This document shows, piece after piece, positions 23,850 to 34,422 of a DNA stretch of 64,000 nt. The position numbers were made by a program, and so were the translations under genes. This DNA is from Macrostomum hystrix. Its lineage: Eukaryota > Animalia > Platyhelminthes. How positions within the stretch are numbered: position 1 is the first letter of the stretch; each line of letters begins with the position of its first letter. The stretch spans positions 12,524,001 through 12,588,000 of the forward strand of contig CATNEN010000039.1 of assembly GCA_950097015.1 (NCBI GenBank), read 5' to 3'. The notes beneath the pieces are model-generated. The model made no database searches, had not been told where the DNA came from, and was given only the letters and a program-made list of their open reading frames with translations.

Positions 23850-24710
23850 AGTGTACAGCTGTCAATCACTTCCTGCCCTCAAGTGCACAGCTGTCAATCA
23901 CTTCCTGCCCTCCAGTGCACAGCTGTCAATCACTTCCTGCCCTCAAGTGCACAGATGTCAATCACTTCCTGCCCTCCAGTGCACAGCTGTCAATCACTTC
24001 CTGTCCTCCAGTGCACAGCTGTCAATCACTTCCTGCCCTCAAGTGCACAGCTGTCAATCACTTCCTGCCCTCAAGTGCACAGATGTCAATCACTTCCTGC
24101 CCTCCAGTGCACAGATGTCAATCACTTCCTGCCCTCAAGTGCACAGATGTCAATCACTTCCTGCCCTCCAGTGCACAGCTGTCAATCACTTCCTGCCCTC
24201 AAGTGCACAGCTGTCAATCACTTCCTGCCCTCCAGTGCACAGCTGTCAATCACTTCCTGCCCTCAAGTGCACAGATGTCAATCACTTCCTGCCCTCCAGT
24301 GCACAGATGTCAATCACTTCCTGCCCTCCAGTGCACAGCTGTCAATCACTTCCTGTCCTCCAGTGCGCAGCTGTCAATCACTTCCTGCCCTCAAGTGCAC
24401 AGCTGTCAATCACTTCCTGCCCTCCAGTGCACAGCTGTCAATCACTTCCTGCCCTCAAGTACACAGCTGTCAATCACTTCCTGCCCTCCAGTGCACAGCT
24501 GTCAATCACTTCCTGCCCTCAAGTGCACAGCTGTCAATCACTTCCTGCCCTCCAGTGTACAGCTGTCAATCACTTCCTGCCCTCCAGTACACAGCTGTCA
24601 ATCACTTCCTGCCCTCTAGTGCACAGCTGTCAATCACTTCCTGCCCTCCAGTGCGCAGCTGTCAATCACTTCCTGCCCTCCTGCGTACAGCTGTCAATCA
24701 CTTCCTGTCA
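23850..24710 (+). repeat. 32-bp minisatellite (~27 copies)
   Basis: Unit CAGTGCACAGCTGTCAATCACTTCCTGCCCTC. Confidence 0.97.
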
Positions 24711-25159
24711 GCTTCGACTTCCTCTTTGCACTTTTATAAATTGTACACGTAACGACTTTTGCCCACCTTTTTATAATCTTTATCCTTGATAGCTGCTTTA
24801 AAACAAAGTTTTTTTGTATTTTTCCGCCAAGTTCTTGACACGAAATTTTGTCTGTTAAATATTCGTTTTCTCGTCTATGCACTTAGGCAAAGCGGGAAAG
24901 GTAACTGCTGAGTTACTTTCTGACTTTCTTGGAAACTTTAGGAATTCGGTTGGGACCCACGGATAAATCTCTTTCCACACTAAATACGTAGATATAGCGG
25001 CAATTTAGTTTTAACAAGATCTGCAGTTTTCGCTTGTTTATTTTCACTTTTCATTTAAAGTTTCAGTGTTCGTAAAACTGCTTTTTAAACTACGAGTTTA
25101 TGGTAGCAAAATGCGTACGAAAATGGCGCGAGAAAACTGTGAAAGGGAGCGAAAAGGGT

Positions 25160-25735
25160 GAAGTAGGGAGCAGAAATGACGGAGGAGGGAGCGGAAATGA
25201 TGAAGAATAGAGCGGAAATGACGGAGGAGGAAGCGGAAATGACAGAGTAGGGAGCGGAAATGACACAGGGGGGAGCGGAAATGACAGGAGGGAGCGGAAA
25301 TGACAGAGTAGGGAGCGGAAATGACGGAGGGAGCGGAAATGACAGGAGGGAGCGGAAATGACAGGAGGGAGCGGAAATGACAGAGTAGGGAGCGGAAATG
25401 ATGGAGGAGGAAGCGGAAATGACGGAGGGAGCGGAAATGACAGAGGAGGGAGCAGAAATGACAGGATGGAGCGGAAATGACAGGAGGGAGCGGAAGTGAC
25501 GGAGGGAGCGGAAATGACAGAGTAGGGAGCAGAAATGACAGGATGGAGCGGAAATGACAGGAGGGAGCGGAAGTGACGGAGGGAGCGGAAATGACCGAGT
25601 AGGGAGCGGAAATGACAGAGTAGGGAGCGGAAATGACAGAGGAGGGAGCAGAAATGACAGGAGGGAGCGGAAATGACAGAGGTGGGAGCGGAAATGACAG
25701 AGGTGGGAGCGGATATGTTGGAAAAGGGAGCGGAA
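25160..25735 (+). repeat. 18-22-bp purine-rich minisatellite
   Basis: Unit GGGAGCGGAAATGACAG(GA/AGTA/AGGA). Confidence 0.93.
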
Positions 25736-26390
25736 AGAGAAATGAGGTTGAAATACCAAGAAAAGTTATTCTGTATATTAGCTCCGGCATAGGAATGAAG
25801 TTGAAGTCAGAATGAAGTCAGCAGTGGGTGCGTGACCCACACTCTAGAGCCAACGACCCGCAAGGGGATGAAATTAGTAGGGCTCCGGGATCCCTGTTCG
25901 GTAGTTTTATGCACTCTAACGCGGCATTGACGTCTCGACGACTTCCAAATGAGCGCCAAATAGAGAAGACCTAAAACGGTCGGTGCTGAGGACGGAGCTA
26001 TGAGGTTCCGATTGACACGGAGGCCCAGCGAGGCCCTCCCAAATCAATAATTGATTAGGGAGCCTGGCAGATTGGCTACTTCACCTGACTGCGGCTTTCT
26101 CCAGCCAGCTAGAAAACTCCTCGCCTCGGCTTGCTCATTCAGCATCTCGTTTGACGGCGCGGGAGTGCCCGAACAGCCGGCCAACCAGGAATCTCCCAGC
26201 TAGGCGGTGGGTAAGATATTCCACAGCACCGGGCTAAGAGGCAGAGAAAGAGAGAGAGAACGGCCCTCCCCCCCCCAAACAGCTGCAAAACCTTCTCAGC
26301 ACGGCTGGCGGAGACCTAAGAACCAGAATCAGACAGCTTGTAATCAGACAAATCCCCTGAGGATTGAAGCCATTGCGCTGAGCCATCCAG

Positions 26391-27388
26391 ATGCAGAAGC
26401 TTCCAGCAAGTCGCAGCCTGCTGACTGTCGCCCTGCTGCTGAGCGTCGCGACTCCGTCGTATTTGAGCGTCTCGGCTGCCGTAGCCGACAGTCAAGGAGG
26501 CGGCGGCGGTCTGCGCACCGCAGCGGCCCCTAACTACACCAACATTGTGGACCGCATTGTTGAGAATATCTTCCAAGGCTACAACAAGCATCAGCGACCC
26601 GTGCCAGCCCGGCGCTCCAGACCCGACGGCCGGATCGAGGAGGACTCCACCGTGGTCTTCGTCAACATGAAGATCCTCAGCATCAACAAGGTGGACGTCA
26701 TCAATATGGAGTTCACGCTGGACATGTACCTGAGGCAGTACTGGAAGGACCACAGGCTCATGTGGAGCAACAACCAGTTCCGCTTCTACAACGAGTCAAT
26801 CGCAATCCCGGCCAAGAAGGAGAACCTCTGGCTTCCAGATCTGTTCTTCCGCAACGGCAAGGAGGGCTACTTGCACAAGATGACGCAGCCCAACTATCTC
26901 ATCCGGGTGGACCCGGACGGCAGCATCCTGTACTCGCAGAAGGTGACCATGAAGTTCTCCTGCCAGATGCAGCTGCAGACTTTCCCCATGGACACCCAGA
27001 CATGCTTCATCAACATCGGCAGCTACGGCTACACCACCAAGAACCTCGAGTTCCGCTGGCTGCAGGGAGAGAAGGACCCTGTTGAGCTGGACTCCAGCAT
27101 GCAGATCTCCGAGTTCAACACGCCGAAGGGAGTCAAAGTGATCGACTGCACCAGCGGCAGCGCCACCAGCACCGGCAGCTACGCCTGCCTGAAGGCCGTC
27201 TTCAAGCTGGAACGGCAGCTGGGGAGCTACCTGTCCGGCACCTACATCCCCGCCATCCTCATCATCGCCGTCAGCTGGCTGAACTTCTGGATCAACGTGG
27301 AGGCGGTGCCGGCCCGAGTGTCGCTAGGTCTGCTGACTCTGCTGGGCATCCTCACCCAGGGCATGTCAGTGATCAACAACCTGCCCAG
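26391..27388 (+). CDS. Cys-loop ligand-gated chloride channel (GluCl-like), first exon A: signal peptide, ECD, M1, M2
   Basis: LWLPDLFF, Cys-loop CQMQLQTFPMDTQTC, second disulfide C..C, anion-selective PAR motif; ends CCC AG|GTGAGG (phase 2). Confidence 0.9.
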
Positions 27389-27434
27389 GTGAGGCAGCGG
27401 AGCATGTTTCCGGGTTTATTTTCAGCCCGCAGCC

Positions 27435-27635
27435 GATTTGTGTCCTATAGCAAGACATTTAACTATGCATTGCTTCAGTTCAACCCTGTTAGATGGGTAC
27501 CAGCATTAGCTAGGATAATTGAGGGTGGATGTGGCATCACCCCAGTCCATGGACTGAACAGCCGTTCGCAGCCTTCAGATGCGCTGCGCAATAGCTGCGG
27601 CTGTGCTGTCGGCTGCACATCTGGCTCGCTTAGGG
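27435..27635 (+). mobile_element. SINE family A, 5'-truncated
   Basis: TGTGTCCTATAGCAAGACATTTAAC..TTGCTTCAGTTCA..ATGGGTACCAGC CORE-like segment. Confidence 0.7.
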
Positions 27636-27693
27636 CAGGTTTAATCAATACAGAATCGAATGATAACCAGAATAGCTACATATTCATTTAAGT

Positions 27694-28367
27694 CAGGGGT
27701 CGGCAAACTCCGGCCCGCGGGCCAGATGCGGCCCTCGAAGCTCTCAAATCCGGCCCGTTGCCCCTTCTGACATCTACAGCGTCCTGTTTCCTCTCTCTCG
27801 TGTCTAATCTCTCCCGTGTCTCATCGCTCTCGTGTCTAATCTCTCCCGTGTCTAATCTCTCTCGTGTCTAATCTCTCCCGTGTCTCATCGCTCTCGTGTC
27901 TAATCTCTCCCGTGTCTAATCTCTCTCGTGTCTAATCTCTCCCGTGTCTAATCTCTCCCGTGTCTAATCTCTCCCGTGTCTAATCTCTCCCGTGTCTAAT
28001 CTCTCCCGTGTCCAATCTCTCCCGTGTCTCATCTCTCCCGTGTCTCATCTCTCCTGTGTCTCATCTCTCCCGTGTCCAATCTCTCCCGTGTCTAATCTCT
28101 CCCGTGTCTCATCTCTCCCGTGTCTCATCTCTCCCGTGTCTCATCTCTCCCGTGTCTCATCTCTCTCGTGTATCATCTTTCTGTGTCTCATCTCTCCCGT
28201 GTCTCATCTCTCCCGTGTCTTATCTCTCCCGTGTCTCATCTCTCCCGTGTCTCATCTCTCCCGTGTCTCATCTCTCCCCTATCTCATATTTATACAGTCA
28301 ATGCGGCCCGCTGTCGTCTTTTAGGTTCTCTCTTTGGCCCGCCAGCAAATAAGTTTGCCTACCCCTA
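27694..28367. mobile_element. hAT-type MITE with an internal 16-bp minisatellite
   Basis: TIRs CAGGGGTCGGCAAACT / AGTTTGCCTACCCCTA (14/16 match); 8-bp TSD ATTTAAGT at 27686-27693 and 28368-28375; internal unit CGTGTCTMATCTCTCC. Confidence 0.85.
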
Positions 28368-28859
28368 ATTTAAGTCTTTCGGTTTGAGTTGCTCCTAAGG
28401 ATATACTCCAACCGCTCTGAACCTGTATACGCTATACACTATGTAGTTATACGCTAAAAATAGCTAACTGCAATGTGACAAATTCGACACCGCGTCCTGT
28501 TTACTTGAGACTCGCCTTGGCAACATCTGGCCTGTCCACTTTCTTATTTGAGCACAATCCGACTGCTCAAACTACTCAATGCCTAGTTTCTCACTTTAGG
28601 CAGCTCGCGTGTACACTGCATTGTTAGCGGTGAAATCCCACCGTAGTTACTACGACTATAATGCTTTGGAAATCTAAAGTTGGGTTCCAGTGGCCCACTT
28701 TAGATTTGCTAATTACCAATAGCCCGATGAGGCAATTCATCTTCTCATGGTTAGCTATGACACTAAATTTAAGAAATTACTTTGCTCTGCAGCTTTAAGT
28801 ACATGTGTACTTTAACAATCAGGATTTTTGTGCCACTGACGCTGGAGTCCCTGATTAAT

Positions 28860-29075
28860 AATCATTCGGTGACACTAGACCCGCAGCCAGCGAGGTGGCA
28901 ATTCTGACCATTCCCCTGACTCCTGAGCACACACTCACACAGATACTGTACGCGGACACACGCTGACACAGGTGTGTACATCTGCCCTGACTTTCTCATC
29001 GTCAGGCAGTGTACACTCTCACTGTGCCTTGGAGGTTGGCCCACAAATGTGTTAACCACTCTGCCACTGACCCTC
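28860..29075 (-). mobile_element. SINE-like family B, internally deleted copy
   Basis: Reverse complement of 42035-42390 (A-box TGGCAGAGTGG; CCAACCTCCAAGGCACAGTG). Confidence 0.7.
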
Positions 29076-29855
29076 TCTCGAGTCCCAGACGGTCCTTGGT
29101 TCGCATCGGCGGCGAGACCACATAACTCAAACTCAATGCATATCAGTACATAGCAACCGATATAATGTGATGCAATGTTATCCCACATTTTTGGCACTGA
29201 CCCCTATAGCCGATCTATCTTGAGTTAGCTATTCCCATTTGGCGCCCAGAGTAGATAATTGAAATCTTGCTACGTCTCGTCCTCACGCCCTGTTAGCCAA
29301 ACCAAGCATAAGCTCGCCACTCATGCTGCAGCCTGTGCTGTTGTCGGGTAAATTGAAAAATAAATTTGTAAGAAATTTCGCGCTAAAATTGTTGCAGCGG
29401 TGTGAAACGGTGTGGCATAGCTCCCCCCCCTCTAGCAACGGGTTTGAGTGAGTGGGGTGGGGGTTCTGGGTTTGCAGCCGGCTAGAAGAGAGGCCTCTTC
29501 AACTGAGACCGAGAATTTCTCGTCATCCAGTTTGCCTGAAGTATGGGTCAGTAATGTTAATGACAATAATAATCGTAGTCGGAATAGTTATACTCTAGAA
29601 AAATATACAGCAACTTCAGTCGTTAGTCAAGTGGTATCGACGGGCAGAATATGCTTCTTGAGAATTTTCCTAGGCATAATTTCTACTGAAGAAAACATTT
29701 GCCTTCTTAATGGGAATATTGGAATGCTTATTTTAGTGCAATATTAAGAAAAGCGTGTAAATTGGTTTCGTTTTCTTGAAATTCTCAAAGTTGACTTAAC
29801 TCCATGTGCTTAGACTTGACTTTCTGCCAAATTTGGTCACAAACTCACAGACTCT

Positions 29856-30270
29856 CAAACTCTGTGGGTCACAAACTCTGTGGGTCACAAACTCTGTGGG
29901 TCACAAACTCTGTGGGTCACAAACTCTGTGGGTCACAAACTCTGTGGGTCACAAACTCTGTGGGTCACAAACTCTGTGGGTCACAAACTCTGTGGGTCAC
30001 AAACTCTGTGGGTCACAAACTCTGTGGGTCACAAACTCTGTGGGTCACAAACTCTGTGGATCACAAACTCTGTGGGTCACAAACTCTGTGGGTCACAAAC
30101 TCTGTGGGTCACAAACTCTGTGGATCACAAACTCTGTGGGTCACAAACTCTGTGGGTCACAAACTCTGTGGGTCACAAACTCTTTGGGTCACAAACTCTG
30201 TGGGTCACAAACTCTGTGGATCACAAACTCTGTGGGTCACAAACTCTGTGGGTCACAAACTCTGTGGGTC
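29856..30270 (+). repeat. 16-bp minisatellite (~26 copies)
   Basis: Unit CAAACTCTGTGGGTCA. Confidence 0.97.
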
Positions 30271-30725
30271 GTACAGTTTGTGGACAATACTAAACTTTAT
30301 GAGTGAAATATGCTTTTGATAAGACTGTAGTTCTTATAGTACGAGCAGCTAGTCGTTGAAGAACAATTTTATATCGGTAAAACTCTACTGACAGTAGTAG
30401 TAGGTTTAGAAGCACGAAGTCACAACCATAAAAAATCCCAAATTTTCTTGAAAAGAAGGAAAACTCCGGGGTTCGAGTCTCAGCCCAATTGAAACGATTT
30501 GTTCCCTAGAACTATAAATTTGATTCGCCTGAGCTTCACTTCATTCAGCTGTTAAATGAGTAACGGACTGAAAAAAGTTCACGATGCCATTTAGAAGAGC
30601 AAAGCAAATAGCTGCTACTGTGTCAATACTGGGCCAGGTCTAACTTCTACCTCTTACGAGTCTGTCCTTCCTGATTGGCTAGCTTGAGCCGATAGGAATA
30701 AAAGTACTTTGCTCATCGCTCTGAG

Positions 30726-31717
30726 ATGCCACGGACGCCAAGGACGAGGAACATGAGAACATACTCAGCGATCCGCAAGCTGCTGTGCTACTGGGTTCTC
30801 AGCGTCGACATTATCAGCCTCGCGCAAGCCAAGCTGCTGCGATCATCTCCGCCTGGCAACCACACTAGCATTGTGGACCGCATTGTTGAGAATATATTCC
30901 AGGGCTACAATAAGTATCAGAGGCCAGCATCCCATTGTGACAGTCCTGGTGGAATCGAGCCGTGCAACCAATCCCCCACCGTGGTCTTCGTCAACATGAA
31001 GATCCTCAGCATCAACAAGGTGGACGTCATCAACATGGAGTTCACGCTGGACATGTACCTGAGGCAGTACTGGAAGGACCGCAGGCTCATGTGGAGCAAC
31101 AACCAGTTCCGCTTCTACAACGAGTCAATCGCCATCCCGGCCAAGAAGGAGAACCTCTGGCTTCCAGATCTGTTCTTCCGCAACGGCAAGGAAGGCTACT
31201 TGCACAAGATGACGCAGCCCAACTATCTCATCCGGGTGGACCCGGACGGCAGCATCCTGTACTCGCAGAAGGTGACCATGAAGTTCTCCTGCCAGATGCA
31301 GCTGCAGACTTTCCCCATGGACACCCAGACATGCTTCATCAACATCGGCAGCTACGGCTACACCACCAAGAACCTCGAGTTCCGCTGGCTGCAGGGAGAG
31401 AAGGACCCTGTTGAGCTGGACTCCAGCATGCAGATCTCCGAGTTCAACACGCCGAAGGGAGTCAAAGTGATCGACTGCACCAGCGGCAGCGCCACCAGCA
31501 CCGGCAGCTACGCCTGCCTGAAGGTTGTCTTCAAACTGGAACGGCAGCTGGGCAGCTACCTGTCCGGCACCTACATCCCCGCCATCCTCATCGTCACCGT
31601 CAGCTGGCTGAACTTCTGGATCAACGTGGAGGCGGTGCCGGCCCGAGTCACCCTTGGGCTGCTGACTCTGCTGGGCATCCTCACCCAGGCGTCTGCTGCG
31701 ATAGCCAGCCTGCCAAG
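30726..31717 (+). CDS. GluCl-like channel, first exon B: signal peptide, ECD, M1, M2
   Basis: Near-identical ECD to exon A, different N-terminus and M2 end; ends CCA AG|GTTGTT (phase 2, weak donor). Confidence 0.88.
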
Positions 31718-31817
31718 GTTGTTGCCTAGCAACAGGGGAAAAATTCCCTCTCTGAGTGGTTTTATATCCCACTCCGCTTCGCGGACATCAGCGGCTGCAT
31801 TGACCATGTTCACGTGG

Positions 31818-32000
31818 AGGCTGTAGCCTAGTGCTTAGAATCACGACTTAAAGGTCGGGGGTTCATTTCCCTACTTTAGCAAGAGTGCGCATTGCTTCAG
31901 TTCACCCAGCTGTTAAATGGGTACCAGAATCAGCTGGGGTAATTGAAGTATGTGTAGCGTGTCCTCAGTCATCAGCTCTTTCTACCTATATCTGCAGCGT
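31818..32000 (+). mobile_element. SINE family A, internally deleted
   Basis: TGTAGCCTAGTG head; TTGCTTCAGTTCACCCAGCTGTTAAATGGGTACC. Confidence 0.65.
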
Positions 32001-32433
32001 CTCATTAATTTACCTAGTTAGTTAGTCAGATGGCAATTCATACCAAATAAATGTTGGATAATTGAGTTAGCACAACCTCACATCACGCACGCAATAACCT
32101 CAATCTCAACGCACACATTCGTGAGCAGTTCATCGGATGATTAATCACTAGATATCCTCTTAAGCCAAGGACCATTGTCCGTGGGACTCTAGTGCACTCT
32201 AGTGCATACGAGTGTATACTATTAGCACAGTAGAATGACCCACGCTATTGTCCCTGCCCGAAGACCACAGGGGTATTAGAAACCCCGTCTTTCAACTGTG
32301 ATTATCAGCAGTACTCGCGTACATATTACTTTTGGTCCTGAGCTCTTGATCATTTATCGGTAGATAGATCGCGTTAATCCCATCGTCAAAACAAGCACGC
32401 ATCGCCCATTGTACACCCCTCGCCACCACGCAG

Positions 32434-32890
32434 AGTGGCCTACATCAAGGCCATAGACATCTGGATCATCGCCAGCATAATGTTCGTCATCGGGGCCCTC
32501 ATTGAGTTCGCCGTCGCCTCTTTCCGCGCCCGCCGCACCAAGATGGAGAGCTGGCAGCGCGAGATTCGCAGCGTCGTCCGCTCCGAGCTGCAGCGTCTGG
32601 CCGTTATTCGCGGCGGCGGCCTCCCGCCGGGGCTGCCCTGCGCCGGCGGCGGCGGCGGCAACCTTCACGGCTACCCTGGCTTCCCCGAGGAGCTGGAGGA
32701 TCTTCTGGCTGCCAGCGTTGAGGACGGAGCCGGAAACAACAAGGGCCCGCCGCCGGCTCCGGTGCCATCGCCAGACTCCGACATCGACACCTACAGCCGG
32801 TTCGTGTTTCCCGCCTGCTTCCTGCTCTACAACTGCTTCTACTGGCTCTATTATCTAGTGCTGGTGGTCAAGATTGACCCCAGCCAATAA
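32434..32890 (+). CDS. GluCl-like channel terminal exon: M3, intracellular loop, M4
   Basis: Acceptor CACGCAG|A GTG GCC gives LPR-VAYIKAIDIW; IDTYSRFVFPACFLLYNCFYWLYY is M4. Confidence 0.92.
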
Positions 32891-33013
32891 TTGCTGATGC
32901 GGGCGCGGTGTCGACAGGTGCAGCTGTGCCCTAACTGGATGGCCTGCCGTGCCTGGAGATTAATAGAAAACCCACGAAAGATTTATTATACCTGACCACT
33001 TATTAACAAGACT

Positions 33014-33160
33014 GCAGACAGTTGACGTGCAGACAGTTGACCCACAGACAGTTGATTCATAGACAGTTGACCCATAGACAGTTGACCCACAGACAGATGA
33101 CCCACAGACAGTTGATCTACAGACAGTTGACCCACAGACAGTTGACCCATAGACAGTTGA
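33014..33160 (+). repeat. 15-bp minisatellite downstream of the channel stop
   Basis: Unit CAGACAGTTGACCCA. Confidence 0.9.
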
Positions 33161-34422
33161 TATCTGGAAATCTACCGACTCCATTCCTGCAGCATAGATT
33201 TCGATTCAAAGCCGGGTGAGTTTCTATCTTTCATCCCGCACTAGCATGCTTCTGTAGCAAATAGTTTTTTTCTAGCCAGTTAAGATTTTCACGATTTTAG
33301 ATTTTTGTTTACTTGCTTAGTTTAAAATGCGAATTAGTTTATTTGATAATTAAATGCGAAGTTTTTTCATTAAACGTCTTATACTCACTTATCAATATTC
33401 GTGCAAATAGCAGTAGTCTGTATCGAATATAATCTAAATTTCGGTATGCAAACAAATTTTTCTTGCTTTTTTAAACTAAATTATTTCTTCTTTTATTTAC
33501 TTTTGGCATAAAAAAATTTTCGTCGGTGAGCAACAATCATATAAAGGCAAATATAAGCAACACAAGGTCTGATGACAGCTTTTTATGTCTTCCGAAGTCG
33601 TCATTGATAAATTCTGCGTCAATAAATGTTCAATCTTCAAAATAATAAGCTTTACTGAATAGACAAGCTGTCATCTGACTGTATTTACCATTTATTGAAG
33701 CAGCAATGTACATGTACAACAATAACGAGCATATCTACTTTATTATTCTTTGTACTTGCATTGGTTTTAAACAGCAGTAAGCTATATACAGTCCCGTGCG
33801 ATGAGCCTGTTCACCTCTCAGCGACAACTTAACCGTTGAGCGAATAGTTTATTTTTTTATTCTAAATACAAATGAACTCGCAGCACAGACTTGATTGGCT
33901 TCGTTTTATAACGCTAGCCAAAAATTACGTCATATTATAGTTTTTCTTCGCTCCTTTGTTAATTTAATTAAGTCTTTATTATTTGGTCTTCAATCACGTA
34001 ACAAAATGTGAATTAGTCACAAAGACACATGCAGTTAGAATTATACTTCGAAGTATTGAATTTGCAGTGGAAGACCACGCTATGACCGAGTGATCGATTA
34101 TCGAAAGATGAACTAACTCCTGTCCTAACTAACTCCTATAAGGCTTAACTTTATGCTCACAAAAATTCGTCATGTCACCTGTCATGTCGCCGTCGGCTAT
34201 TGTTGCTGACAATTTGGGATTGACTAAATTGTTACAATTTTCATTTTAAACCAATATTTATTCGCCATAGGGGGGAAATTGTATAGTCTTTCTACTGTCA
34301 AGGCTCGGTCACACCGCCATCAAACGAGGTGAGGGCACAAGATTGTTTCACTGATTTAGGCATCAAATAAGCATACAGGAACATAGAAAACGTGTCATTT
34401 GATGGCAGACCGATCGAGTTTT

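Noticed and set aside
23795-25790. Long ORFs in several frames
   Set aside because: 32-bp and ~20-bp arrays lacking stops; the same peptide cycles through all frames.
29804-30319. Three overlapping ORFs
   Set aside because: 16-bp minisatellite artefact; no M3-M4 exon for channel exon A is hidden here.
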